Assembly (NCBI RefSeq): GCF_009914755.1
Contig: NC_060926.1
DNA: 64,000 nt
Source: the human T2T-CHM13v2.0 reference genome, Homo sapiens
Direction: 5' to 3' (one strand)
Shown here: positions 19,201 to 62,300 of the stretch, piece by piece
How positions within the stretch are numbered: position 1 is the stretch's first letter
How the letters are laid out: every line of letters begins with the position of its first letter
Position numbers and translations under genes: made by a program
The notes under the pieces: generated by a model
Told to the model about the DNA's origin: nothing
The model's input: only the letters and a program-made list of their open reading frames with translations
The model's database searches: none

Positions 19201-22200
19201 CTAAGGGACAGACTGCCTCCTCAAGCGAGTCTCTGATCCTGTGCCTCCTGACTGGGTGAGACCTCCCAACAGGGGTCAACAGACACCTCATACAGGAGAG
19301 CTCCAGCTGGCATCAGGACAGTGCCCCTCTGGGGTAAAGCTTCCAGAGGAAGCAGGAGGCTGCAATCTTTGCTGTTCTGCAGCCTCCACTGGTGATACCC
19401 AGGTGAAGAGGGTCTGGAGTGGACCCCCCGCAAACTGCAGCAGACCTACAGAAGAGGGGCCTGACTCTTAGAAGAAAAACTGACAAACAGAAAGCAACAA
19501 CAACATCAACAAAAAAGACCCCCAACACAAAAACTCCATCCAAAGGTCATCAGCCTCAAAGATCAAAGGTAGATAAATCCATGAAGATGAGCAAAAACCA
19601 ACGCAAAAATGCTGAAAATTCCAAAAGCCAGAAAGCCTCTTTTCCTCCAAATGATCACAACACTTCTCCAGCAAGGGCACAGAATAGGGCTGAAGCTGAG
19701 ATGGATGAACTGATTAAAGTGGGCTTCAGAAAGTGAGTAATAACAGATTTTGCTGAGCTAAAGGATTATGTTCTAACCCAATGCAAAAAAGCTAAGAACC
19801 ATGATAAAAGATTACAGGAGCTGTTAACTAGAATAACCAGTTTAGAGAATGACATGATGGAGCTGAAAAACACAGAACGAGAACTTTGTGATGCAAAGAC
19901 AACTATCAATAGCTGAATTGACCAAGCGAAAGAGAGAATATCAGAGCTTGAAGACTATCTTCCTGAAATAAGGCAAGCAGACAAGATTAGAGAAAAAAGA
20001 ATGAAATGGAAAGAACAAAATCTCCAGGAACTATGGGACTATGTGAAAAGACCAAACCTACGACTAACTGGAGTAGCTGAAAAAGATGGGGAGAATGGAA
20101 CCAAGTTGGAAAACACACTGCAGGATATCATCCAGGAGAAACTCCCCAACCTAGCAAGACAGGCCAATACTCAAATTCAGGAAATCCAGAGAACCCCAGT
20201 AAGATACTCCATGAAAAGATCTACCCCAAGACAGATAATCCTCAGATTCTCCAAGGTCAAAATGAAGGAAAAAATGTTAAAGGCAGCCAGAGAGAAAGGC
20301 CAGGTCACCTACAAAGGGAAGCCCATCAGACTAACAGCTGACCTCTCAGCAGAAACCCTACAAGCCAGAAGACACCGGGGGCCAATGTTCAATATTCTTG
20401 AAGAAAAGAAATTCCAACCGAGAATTTCATATCTGACCAAACTAAGCTTCATAAGCAAAGGAGAAATAAAATCTTCTCCAGACAAGCAAATGCTGAGGGA
20501 TTTTGTCACCACCAGGCCTGTCTTGCAAGAGCTCCTGAAAGAAGCACTAAACATGGATAGGAAAATCACTACAAAAACACATTGAACTACACAGACTAGT
20601 GACACTATGAAGCAACTATATTAACAAGTCTGCAAAACTAACCAGTCAGCATCATGATGACAGGATCAAATTCACACATAACAATATTAACCTTAAATGT
20701 AAATGGACTAAATGCTCCAATTAAAAGCACAGAATGGCAAGCTGGATACAAAGACAAGACCCATAATGGTGCTGTATTCAAGAGGCACATCTTATGTGCA
20801 AAGACGTACATAGGCTCAAAATAAAGGGCTGTAGGAAAATTTGCCAAGCAAATGGAAAGCAGAAAAAAGAAGGGGTTGCAATCCTAGTTTCTGAAAAAAT
20901 AGACTTTAAACCAACAAAGGTCAAAAAAAGACAAAGAAGGGCATTACATAATGCTAAAGGGTTCAATTCATCAAGAAGAGCTAACTATCCTAAATATATA
21001 TGTACTCAATACAGGAGTACCCAGATTCACAAAACGAGTTCTTAGAGACCTACAAAGAGACTTAGACCCCCACAAAATAATAGTGGAAGACTTTGATACC
21101 CCACTGTCAGTACTACACAGATCATCAAGACAGAAAAATTAACAAAGATATTCAGGATTTGAACTCAGCTCTAGACCAAGTGGACCTGATAGATATCTAC
21201 AGAACTCTTCACCCCAAAACAATATAGTATACATTTTTTTCAGCACCACGTGGCACTTACTCTAAAATTGATCACATAATTGGAAGTAAAGCACTCCTCA
21301 GCAAATGCAAAAGAACTGAAATAATAACAAACAGTCTCTCAGACCACAGTGTAATCAAATTAGAACTCAAGATTAAAAAGCCTACCCCAAACCACACAAC
21401 TACATGGAAATTGAACAGCCTGCTCCTGAATGACTCCTGGGTAAATAATAAAATTAAGGCAGAAATTAAGAAGTTCTTTGAAAACAATGAGAACAAAGAG
21501 ACAATGTATCAGAATCTCTGGGATGCAGCTAAAGCAGTGTTGAGAGGGAAATTTATAGCACTAAATGCCCATATCAAAAATGTAGAAATATCTCAAATCA
21601 ACACCCTAAGATCACAGCTAAAAGAACTAGAGAACCAAGAGCAAACAAACCCCACCGCTAGCGGAAGACAAGAAATAACTAAGCTCAGAGCAGAACTGAA
21701 GGAGACAGAGACACAAAAAACCCTTCAAAAAATCAATGAGTCCAGGAGCTGGTTTTTTGAAAAAAAATCAGTAAAATGGACAGACCACTAGTAAGACTAG
21801 TAATGAAGAAAAGAGAGAAGATTCAAATAAACACAATCAGAAATGATAAGGGGGATACCACTACTGACCCCACAGAAATATAAACAACCATCAGATAATA
21901 CTATAAACACATCTATGTGAATAAACTGGAAAATCTAGAAGAAATGGATGAATTCCTGGACACATAACCCTCCCAAGACTGAATCCCTATATAGACCAAT
22001 AACAAGTTCTGAAATTGAGGCAGTAATAAATAGCCTACCAACAAAAAGAAAGAGTCCAGGTCCAGATAGATTTACAGTTGAATTCTACCAGAGGTACAAA
22101 GAGGAGCTGGTACCATTTCTTCTGAAACTATTCCAAACAATTGAAAAGGAAGGACTCCTCCCTAACTCTTTTTATGAGGCCAGAATCATCCTGATACCAA

Positions 22201-23179
22201 AACCTGCCAGAGATACAACAACAACAAAAAAACTTCAGGCCAATATCTCTGATGAATATCGATGTAAAAATCCTCAATAAAATACTGGCAAACCAAATCC
22301 AGCAGCACATCAAAACACTTATCAACCACGATCAAGTTGGCTTCATCCCTGGGATGCAAGGCTGGTTCAACATACACAAATCAATAAACATAATTTATCA
22401 CATAAACAGAACTAAAGACAAAAACCACACAATTATTTCAATACACAGAGAAAAGGCCTTTGATAAAATTCAACATCTCTTCATGTTAAAAACTCTCAGT
22501 AAACTAGATATTGAAGGAATGTATCTCAAAATAATAAGAGCCATTTATGACAAACCCACAGCCAATATCATACTGAATAGGCAAAACCTGAAAGCATTCC
22601 CCGTAAAAACTGACACAAGACAAGGATTCCCTCTCTCACCACTCCTATTCAACATAGTGTTGGAAGAAGCTCTGACCAGGGCAACTAGGCAAGAGAAAGA
22701 AATAAAGTACATTCAAATAGGAAGAGAGGAAGTCAAAGTGTGTTTTTTGCAGGTGGCATAATCCTATATCTAGAAAACCCCATCATTTCAGCCCAAAAAC
22801 TTCTTAAGCTGGTAATCAACTTTAGCAAAGTCTCAGGATACAAAATTAATGTGCAGAAATCACAAGCATTCCTATACACCAACAACAGACAAGCAGAAAC
22901 CTAAATCATGAATGAACTCCCATTCACGATTGCCACAAAAAGAATAAAATATCTAGGAATACAGCTATCAAAGGAAGTGAAGGACCTCTTCAAGGAGAAC
23001 TATAAAGCACTGCTCAAGGAAATCAAAGAGGGCACAAGCAGATGGAAAAACATTCCATGCTCATGGATAGGAAGAATTAATATAATGAAAATGGCCATAG
23101 TGCCCAAAGCAATTTATAGATTCAATGCTATTCCCATTAAACTATCATTGATATTCTTCACAGAATTAGAAAAAAAACT

Positions 23180-23506
<327 letters not shown>

Positions 23507-23531
23507 TCACATAGCCAAGGCAATCCTAAGC

Positions 23532-23590
23532 AAAAAAAAAAAAAAAAACAAAAACAAAAACAAAAACAAAAAACAACCAAAAAAAACAAA
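23532..23590. repeat. Poly(A)/(CAAAAA)n expansion inside L1 ORF2
   Basis: Replaces the short segment between ATCCTAAG and GCTGGAGG seen in the younger L1 at 4723-4750. Confidence 0.85.
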
Positions 23591-24935
23591 GCTGGAGGCA
23601 TCACACTACCCAACTTCAAATTATACTACAAGGCCACAGTAACCAAAACAGCATGGTACTGGTACAAAAACAGGCACATAGACAAATGGAACAGATAGAG
23701 AACTCAGAAATAAAACTGCACATCTACAACCATCTGATGTTCAACAAACCCAACAAAAACAAGCAATGGGAATAGGATTCTCTACTTAATAAATGATGCT
23801 GGGAGAACTGGCTAGCTATGTGCAGAAAATTGAAACTGGATCCCTTCCTTACACCTTATACAAAAATTAACTCAAGATGGATTAAAGACTTAAACATAAA
23901 ACCCAAAAGTATAAAAACCCTAGAAGAAAATCTAGGCAATACCATTCAGAACATAGGCATGGGCAAAGATTTTATGAAGAAATTGCCAAAAGCAATTGCA
24001 ATGAAAGCAAAAATTGACAAATGGGATCTAATTAAACTAAAGAGCTTCTGCACAGCAAATGGAACTATCATCAGAGTGAACAGACAACCTACAGAGTAGG
24101 ATAAGTTTTCTGCAATCTATTCAACTGACAAAGGGCTAGTATCCAGAATCTACAAGGAAATTAAGAAAATTTACAAGAAAAAAACAAACAACCCCATTAA
24201 AATGTAGGCAAAGTATACGAACAGACACTTCTCAAAAAAAGACATGCAGCCAACAAACATATGAAAAATAGCTCAACATCACTGATCGTTAGAGAAATGA
24301 AAATCAAAACCACAATGAGATACCATCTCACGCCAGTCAGAATGGCAATTATTAAAAGGTCAAGAAACAACAAATGCTGGCAAGGTTGCAGAGAAATAGG
24401 AATGCTTTTACACTGTTGATGGGAATGTAAATTAGTTCAACCATTGTGAAGAAGAGTAGGAAAATTCCTCAAAGATTTAGAATTAGAAATACCATTTGAC
24501 CCAGCAATCCCATTACTGGGTATATACCCAAAGGAATATAAATCATTCTATCTTAAAGATACATGCAGGCATAGGTTCATTGCAGCACTATTCACAATAG
24601 TAAAGATATGGAATCAACCTAAAGGTCCATCAGTGATAGACTGGATAAAGAAAATGTGGTACATACACTCCATGGAATACTATGCAACCATAAAAAGGAA
24701 CATGTCCTTTGCAGGGACATGGATAAAGCTGGAAGCCATCATTCTAAGAAACAGGACCCACAATAAACAAATGAGTACAAAGATTTTAAAATGTGAATCA
24801 CCTGGGGATCTTGTTAAAATGGAGGCTGAGATTCTACCTTTCTAACAGTGCCCTAACACATCTAACGGGGTCATACTGATGTGGCTGGTCTTGAGCTCAC
24901 ATTTAATTTAATTTTAGATATTAGGTTTTAGATAG

Positions 24936-25328
24936 TGTCTTAGTCTGTTTGGGCTATGATAACAAAAATACCTTAGTCTGTTCAGGCTACTATAACAAAG
25001 TTATAAACAACAGAAATGTATGGCTCACACTTCCAGAGGCTTGGAAGTCCAAGAAAGGCGCAAGCAGATTCGGTGTTTGGTGAGGGCTTTGCTTTACAGC
25101 TCGTGCCTTCTTGCAGCATCCTCACATGGACATTCTCACATGGAGGAAGGTGCAAACAAGCTCTCTTGGGCCTCTTTTATAAAAGCACGAATCCCCATCC
25201 ATGAGGGCTCCACCCTCATAACCTAATCACCTCCCAGATGTACCCACCCCCCGCCACCACACAACTGCACTGGGGACTAAGTTTCCACAAATGAACTGGG
25301 GGAGGACACAGACATTTAGACCACAGCA
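24936..25328 (-). mobile_element. MaLR solo LTR (MLT1A/MST-type)
   Basis: TGTCTTAGTCTGTTTGGGCT...AGACCACAGCA termini; near-TSD GATAG/AATAG; internal ~34-bp duplication of the terminus. Confidence 0.75.
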
Positions 25329-27369
25329 AATAGCATGGTCAATGAAGATCTCTCTGTGACTCAGTCTCCTTTTCTGTAATTGGGGTTATTAATTGATCCT
25401 GCTGCATAAAGGGTGTTTGTACATTAAAGTACAGTATCTTGGACACAGTAATAATTCTATACCTTTTTTTTAATAACTGTATCACTTACTTTAATTTTTA
25501 AAAGACTTCCCTGCAGAACAGCATGGCATCCTTCTAAGGAGTTAAGAAAATGATAATAGAAGCAAGAAGGAGATAGGAAAGTTAAGGTAAAGGACATCCA
25601 CCCTCCACTGACAATATTATTTCCAGGAATGGTAATAACAAGTAGAAATTTTGTGAAATCTGGGAGGTCTCAGTGTATAAATGTGGAATTGGACTTCTGA
25701 ATATACAGTATTTGGGTTTATTAAACCCCATAATAATTTTAGTAGCAATTACTTCTCTGAGTGTAAAATTAATCTCAATTTATAAAATAAAGTAGAAATT
25801 TCATGTCTATCCTTTTATAGAAATTATTTTAGAGATATAGGGTAAACCCTCAGGAATAGGAATATACAAATTGCATTAAATTATGTATATTTTATTTAAA
25901 AAGCCAATTATGCTGGAAAATGTTATTATTTTATAAACAGAGAGCTAGGATTATGTAGATTATATACGGTTGGTTTTAGAAGCTAAGATATAGCTTATTT
26001 TAAACAGATGCTGTATTTCAGAAATGCATTTCAGAAATCTGTTTTTTCAATATATATAAAGCTGAGAAACTTCACCCACCCCCCTTTTTTAGGAAAATCC
26101 TCTGATGAACTTTACATTAAGATATTTCACAGTAAAAGAAAAAAAAAACAGCTTGATATTATGCTCTTTGGGGAGTTTGGTTTTTCTCTTTGGTATTGTG
26201 TGGTCTTATGTTAGAGTAATCCTGCATAGCACTGTAATCTAGTCACAGATCATTGTTATTAGTGTCAGTGATAATTACACCATACATTTTGATGGCATCA
26301 CAGTCTTCAAAGGGTTTTTCCATACATTACTTCAGTTAATGTGCTCCACAACCTGAGAGGAAGGCAGAACAGGTATAATTTTTTTTCTTTTTTTACAACA
26401 GAAGACAAGTGAGATTTGCTGAAAATTGCATGGTTGAGAAATGGAGGAACATGATTCAGAACGTGAGGCTTCTGAATTCTAACTCATTACTCTGCACCCA
26501 GCCCATCTAACGTTGCACTGAGACTCTGACAAGGAAGGCAGTGATCTGTGATGACCTTGCTGAATATATTAAGCAGAAATGAGAAGATGTAGGACAACAA
26601 CCTGGGGCAAAATGCAGATAAGGAAAGGAAACCTGTCCTAATTGGGTTGTCTTTCCTTTAAGTACCTGAGCAATGGATGGAAGCAGAGACTCAGGATGAT
26701 AACCCTCTTGATCAAGTTTTTCAGGATGATGATTCAGGGTGATGGTTTGGAAGCATTCTCTTTGAAAACTAGTTGGTAGTTGATGCACAATGAAATACTG
26801 TCCAGCTGAGAAAGAGATGGAAAATTATCCGGTGGCTAATTCCCAAGCTGATGGCCCTACCCTACCTCAGTTCTATCCCCACCTCATGCCCTGCAGATTG
26901 CTGGGGTTTCTGGTGGAAATCCAACTCCTCTTTAAAACCTCCTCCATTTCCTCACCCTCCACCTCTACTCTTAGCACTTGAGAGTGTACATTTCGTCTTT
27001 GCTCCTCTTCCCTCCCCAGATGATCCAAATAGAAAATACATCAGCACGTGGGAAAGAGCAACGTTGATCGTCTTCACGGAAAGGCTGAGGACCCTGCGCC
27101 TACCACATGTTGGCCAGGGTGAGCAAGCAGTGAAAGAGAAAACACTTTTTTCAAAAAGCCAACTGGTAAGGAATGTTACTAAGCTACCATGTAATTTTCT
27201 GTAGCTTTCTGGCTGGGTGTCACAAGCCTGTTAAGGCCTAGCCATGTAGGATTATCCCTGTTACTTCCAAACTTCAGTTTTGTTTCTGAATTTAATTATC
27301 CACAAAGTTTCAGAAAGATCCACATAGCTCAAGATCAATTACATTCATTTATTTTCATGTTTTCTGGGA

Positions 27370-27790
27370 TCTGGCTGGTGTGTTGGCTGGATCATCTGAA
27401 AAGCAGATACCAAGATGGAGTTGAAAGTAGAAGAGATTTTAGGGGTGTAATTTTTGTGAAAGATAAAGGGGAGAAAAAGCAAGAGAAAGCAAGGAGAGCC
27501 TTACACCCAGATCTGACACCTGTGAAAAGATAGAAGGAGGAAAGGAAGATTGGCCAGAAAGGCCTCAGACTGTGGTACAGCCACAAGAAATTTGCTCCTA
27601 GAGGCACCTTGCATTGGTTCAATGGTGAGCATTTATGCCAGTTCTGTGCTCAGTCATTGGTTAGAGGATGTCCAGGTAGCACATAGTCCCAGCTTGAATA
27701 CAGAGTCAGATTCTGAAGCTACCCATAGCGAGAAATTGACAGCGGTTTCTTTCTTGAAGGTAGAGCTGACTTGCACACTTCCACAGCTGG
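27370..27790. mobile_element. Old ERVL-type LTR relic
   Basis: AAGCAGATACCAAGATGGAGTT...CAGATCTGACACCTGTGAAA resembles LTR33/LTR41-type consensus from memory. Confidence 0.4.
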
Positions 27791-27898
27791 GCAAAGGAAA
27801 GAAGATGGTCACAGCAAGCTAAGTCCCTACCTGTGTATATGAGAGGCTACATCTAGTCAGTGGATTTATGCCATCTGACTAGAACATAGATACAGATT

Positions 27899-28035
27899 CA
27901 TCCATGCATCCGTGCATCTGTGGACCCATGTATCCATCCATCCATCCACCCATCCATCCATCCATCCATCCATCCATCCATCCACCCATCCATCCATCCA
28001 TCCATCCATCCATCCATCCATCCATCTATCCATCT
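27899..28035. repeat. (CATC)n tetranucleotide repeat
   Basis: Read directly; explains the IHPS/WMDG ORFs. Confidence 0.97.
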
Positions 28036-30330
28036 GCTCATTTCTTGCTTTAGATGATGGCAGCAATCTGCTGAAGCTTCTGTCAGAAGAACCTCTCCTT
28101 GGTGCTGCCTCAGAAATCAAATCTAGATTTTGCCTCTTCTGCTAGTAAGGCTGTAAGTTCTGAGTGTCAACCAGCTTATATCTCCACCCAACCTGCCTCC
28201 AGCTCTCCTTGTGACCATAAGTCAATGTATTATCCATCTGAGACCAAGCCCTTAACCACACCTTAATTGCTGCCAGTCTGATATACCAATTATTTGAATC
28301 CCACTGGTACTTTGCTCCACTAGGTGGGTCATAATTCATGTTATAGTCCCTTTGATTCAGTGTTCCAGGCACAAACAATGCACACCAAGCAAGTGATGAA
28401 GTTTATTGCAATGTCCTTGGGTTCAGGGTCAATGAGAGCAACTGACAAGCAGCAGAGGTAGTGACCTGACTTGGCTGTGTGCCTTCCAGTTCTTAAGTCA
28501 CTGAAGCTGTTCACCTTCAACATGACCCTGGCTTTTGGTAATAATATTTCATAGCAGCCTCTATCCAACTAATGTGGCAACAAGCCATGCAATTTTGAGC
28601 CCAGAGAAATCTTGGGCCTTTTGAGAGCACATTATTTTGGAGGATGAAGTCGGTGGAAATGTGTAGGGCTTGGCAGGTAATAAAAAGAGGTTGATTTTTT
28701 AAACAAATAATTCTACCAATTAGAATATAATTCTCTTTGAAATCAGCTATCTCTAAGGTCCTTTCATTTCTTTCATCCCATTACTTACTCCATCAAAGAA
28801 CGCAAGTTTCACCATAATTGAAACCAATTCCCCCCCCTTTTTCCCCTAGAACAATGTTTATGTGTTGGCAGGCTTCCTCTCATGTGGCTTAAAGGACCAC
28901 ATGTGTTTGCAGGCATTCTATCAAGTAGTTTAAAGAGCATAAAACTTGCAGTAATATTTTTGGGAGTAAATTTTATTGTTATGGCTTTAAAACACAATCA
29001 AATAAAAATAAGAATATCCATTAGTAGTTGAATATTGTAATAATAGAGTTGAGAACAAATTTTACTGTTATAGGAACTATAAAACAGCAATAATAAAACA
29101 CTATTATTGTGAATAAATTGTGTGGAGATGACTAACTAGAAAGCTATAAAACACAACGATAAGAAATAATCTAATCACCAGGAAAGATGTGATAATAATT
29201 CACCCTTGTTAGTGAGGAGCCCATGGTTCCACTTCATTGGCCCTGAGTTCCCTGGGTTACTGCTTGCATTCCATAAGGTTACAGAAAGATAATCTTTGGC
29301 CAGGGGGGTTGGCAGGAGACCACATATTACAGTGAAATTGGACGTGGGGATTGAGGAAAATCCAATTATCAGTGACAGTTAAGAAAATCCTGTGTAGTAA
29401 TATCAAATGTCCTCACAACACATTTAAAAAATTATTTGCAGGTTTTTACTAACAATTTGTGTGTATTATTTGACTACATTTTTATGTGTTTTTAAACTTT
29501 TATTTATATTCTTTTGTTTCAGAATAACTGTATGGAACTACATATTGGTAGCAGGGGAAGCCTTTTGCAGTCTTTCTTTTTATTTAGACTACCCATACGT
29601 CCCTCTGCCATGAACCCATCTCAGCCCATTCCAATTAGCAAGAGTATGGAAAGATGACACCCTTAACTTCCAGGTCCCCCTCTCTTTCTGTGGAACTGAC
29701 AGCACCATTAGAACCCTTGCTCCAAAATTAGTACTACCAAGGTTCCTGCCAGTCCCCTCACTTGGGTGAGGAAGAGAGTGGCATGAGTGTTGCATTTTAC
29801 CCCTCATTCTGAACAGCAAAATTCAAATTCAGGATTTTTGAATTAACTAAATCCCAAGGGAAGGATGCAAAATGCTAACAATGCAGTTTTCTTTAAGGTG
29901 CCATTATCGTAGGCAAGCTATGCTGAGTTTTCTATACTCACCGCCTCCACTTTCTCACTTCCCTTTCCTTCTTTAACCAGCTCCAGGCAGGCGTTTGTCC
30001 CCACCACGTTATCTACTGAAATTGCTCTTTTCAAGGTCTCCAGGAGCCTCTATCCTGCTGGTTATGATTGGTTAGTTCTTCGTCCTCGTTTGACCAGTGG
30101 GTAACTCCCATTTTTTTTGTTTTTAATGCTTTCCTCATTTGGCTTCTGGGACACAATAGTCACCCATTTTTTAACTACCTCACTGGCTGTTCTTCACAAT
30201 TCCCTCGCTGGATTCTTCTCTTCTACCAAGTCCTCTAAATGTTAGGTCAGCCCAGGTCTCAGTCTTTGTCTTTCTCTGTCTATACCCACACCCTAGATGA
30301 ACTCCTCTAGCCCAGTGGCTTTAAACACCA

Positions 30331-30770
30331 TCGTGATATTGTGATACAATAGGAAATACATATTTTGTCTTTGTCCCTGGTTCCTGACACAGAGCTCCTA
30401 AAACCCTTGGAATTTCCTCAGTGATAAGATCAATAAAGGTGAAAGGGCCATTTTTGTTATTCATGACGTCCCTTTTGACTATGTCTAAGTTTAAGTGAAC
30501 AGGTAACTTTTGGAAAGTTTCTAAGGATAGCGGCTGGTTGCCAGGAGAATCAGCCATGTTATTCAGTAATCCCCTCCCATCTCTGGGGAGGAAAGAGGGA
30601 CTGGAGATTTATTTAATCACCAATGACCAATGATATGATCAATCATACCTATGTAATGAAGTCTTCATAAAAACACAAGGGAACAGAGTTTGGAGAGCCT
30701 CTGGGTTGCTAAACACATGGAGGGACTGGGTGGATGGCATGCCTGGAGACAGCATGGAAGCGCTTATCTC
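30331..30770 (+). mobile_element. MER21-like LTR (partial) inserted in an L2 relic
   Basis: TGATATTGTGATACAATAGGAAATACATATTTTGTCTTTGTCCCTGGTTCCTGACACAGAGCTCCTAAAACCCTTGGAATTTCC. L2-like sequence on both sides (30000-30325, 30800-30970). Confidence 0.65.
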
Positions 30771-31639
30771 CTCTAGTTTTTTAACTGCATTCTCTTTACT
30801 TGAAACTGTAACATTTGTTTGTATACTCGTTTATTTTTCTCTCAACTCTACTGTGAGTTCCATAAAAGAAGGGACTCTGCCTTGTTCACCCTTGTATCTT
30901 AAGTATCTAGCATAGTGTCTGGTATACAGTGGTACTCATGAGATTTTTGTAGAATGAATACATGAATACAGGGCAGAAGATTTAAACTGGGTCCCTAAAT
31001 GCCAAGGACTCCATTTAAATACTCTACCTGCTCTGCACTAAAGTTTGCCTTGCTCAGTTAGACTATTAGCAATGGTCTTAACATGAGTCTTTAATTTTAC
31101 TGGTCAATGAGATTCAAGCATAACTTGGCTATGTCTGAAAACATGGCGGAGTATCTGACAGAGTCCTTCATGTAAGAGGGGCGTGGGGTAAAATCCACAT
31201 GGGAAAGGATTGAAACTGTCTTCACTGCTCAGATTTGAAGAGATCTGGGTTTGTTTAAGAAGCTGGTGATGTGGTTCATCAGAAAAAGAGAAGGCATTTG
31301 ACCCCAATCAAAGCCTTAGATTGAAGGAGGAAGTGGAGATTCTGAATAATGACCATGTCCATTTTGACCAGAGCAGAGTGTTCTTTCTGGTCTCATGAAC
31401 AGGCTCATGATTCACAAAGACTAGCCTACTATTCCCATTCAACCTGTGTGAGGGGAAGAGCAGGAATGATTGCTCCTGAGCACGAGTGATGGGGGTTCCT
31501 AGAAATACTCCAAGGTGACTTTACATAGGGAGGAAATTTATTTCAGGATCTGGTGAAGTTGAGAGCTCACGTAAATTTGGTTTTAGAGAAGAAATGAAAT
31601 ATCAAATGGTACAGCATTTCCCACACTGGAAAAGGTGTT

Positions 31640-31812
31640 TGAGGACATGAGAGAGTTAATAAAGCAATTGCCCGTGACTTTCTGCTGAGACATCCACTAA
31701 CTGATTTATCTCATCTTGATTGTGGGAGCCACAGTCTTGATGCATTCATTCTCAAGGACACTTGATCCACTGCCAGAGAGGCCCAGAATTTTCTAACTTA
31801 CTGTGTGGCAGA
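31640..31812 (+). promoter_or_regulatory. Putative CPO proximal promoter and 5'UTR
   Basis: Unique sequence directly 5' of the ATG. GTTAATAAA (HNF1 half-site/CDX-like) at 31655-31663, GATA site TTATCT at 31706-31711, no clear TATA box. Confidence 0.4.
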
Positions 31813-61648
<29,836 letters not shown>

Positions 61649-61738
61649 GTGCATTCTGCCCAGGCCTGCTCAACCCCAGTGGCATGAGTGTGGCTGGAGG
61701 AACGGTGTGTTATGGTTGTAAAGAAACCAAATAATTTA

Positions 61739-61744
61739 ACTAAA
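61739..61744 (+). terminator. Candidate variant polyadenylation signal (ACTAAA) of CPO
   Basis: No AATAAA seen near the stop codon; ACTAAA is followed ~30-60 nt later by a GT/T-rich tract (61775-61810). Confidence 0.4.
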
Positions 61745-61834
61745 AATACTTCCTATTTCAATAAGGAAAAATCATGTCTGCGTTTTAATATTTGTTTTTC
61801 TGTGAGTTGAGCTTTATTCCTTTATACGAGGAAT

Positions 61835-62300
61835 TAGTTAGGTATTAGTTAGTTATTGCTACAATAATGCTACAAACCAAACCTCTCTAAAACCAAGTGG
61901 TGCAAATCTACAGGTCACGATGCAGTGATCTTTGTTGTTCTCGCTTAGGCATCCATGGTCAGTTTCAGGGCAGCTGGTAGATCTCGGATGAACTCACTCT
62001 GGGGGTTGGCTACTGTAGGCTAGTATAGGATAGCCTCAGCTGCAATGAGGAACGGGGGCTGTGCTCCATGTATCTTCTCGTCCAGCACATTAGTACTATG
62101 CACTCATGGCCATGGTGAAGGAGCAAAAGCAGCAGAGCAAGTCTCAATGTGCGGGTGCTTTTCAAACCTCTGCTTGCATCCTATTTGCTAACATCCCATT
62201 TGCCAAAGGAAGTCACATGGCTGAGCTCTGCATCAAGGGGTGGAGCAGAACAGAAGGTGGTGAGTGAAGAATTGGGGCCATCAGTGAAATGACTCTATCT
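61835..62300 (-). mobile_element. Old MaLR LTR (MLT1-type) just 3' of CPO
   Basis: TATTAGTTAGTTATTGCTACAATAATGCT...TTTGCTAACATCCCATTTGCCAAAGGAAGTCACATGG. Confidence 0.6.

Noticed and set aside
27866-28145. Repetitive peptides (IHPS)n / (WMDG)n
   Set aside because: Translations of the (CATC)n microsatellite; likewise the (IYLS)n ORFs at 35798-36063 come from (GATA)n.
31104-31307. 67-aa minus-strand ORF upstream of CPO
   Set aside because: No recognisable homology or splice context; its length is expected by chance.
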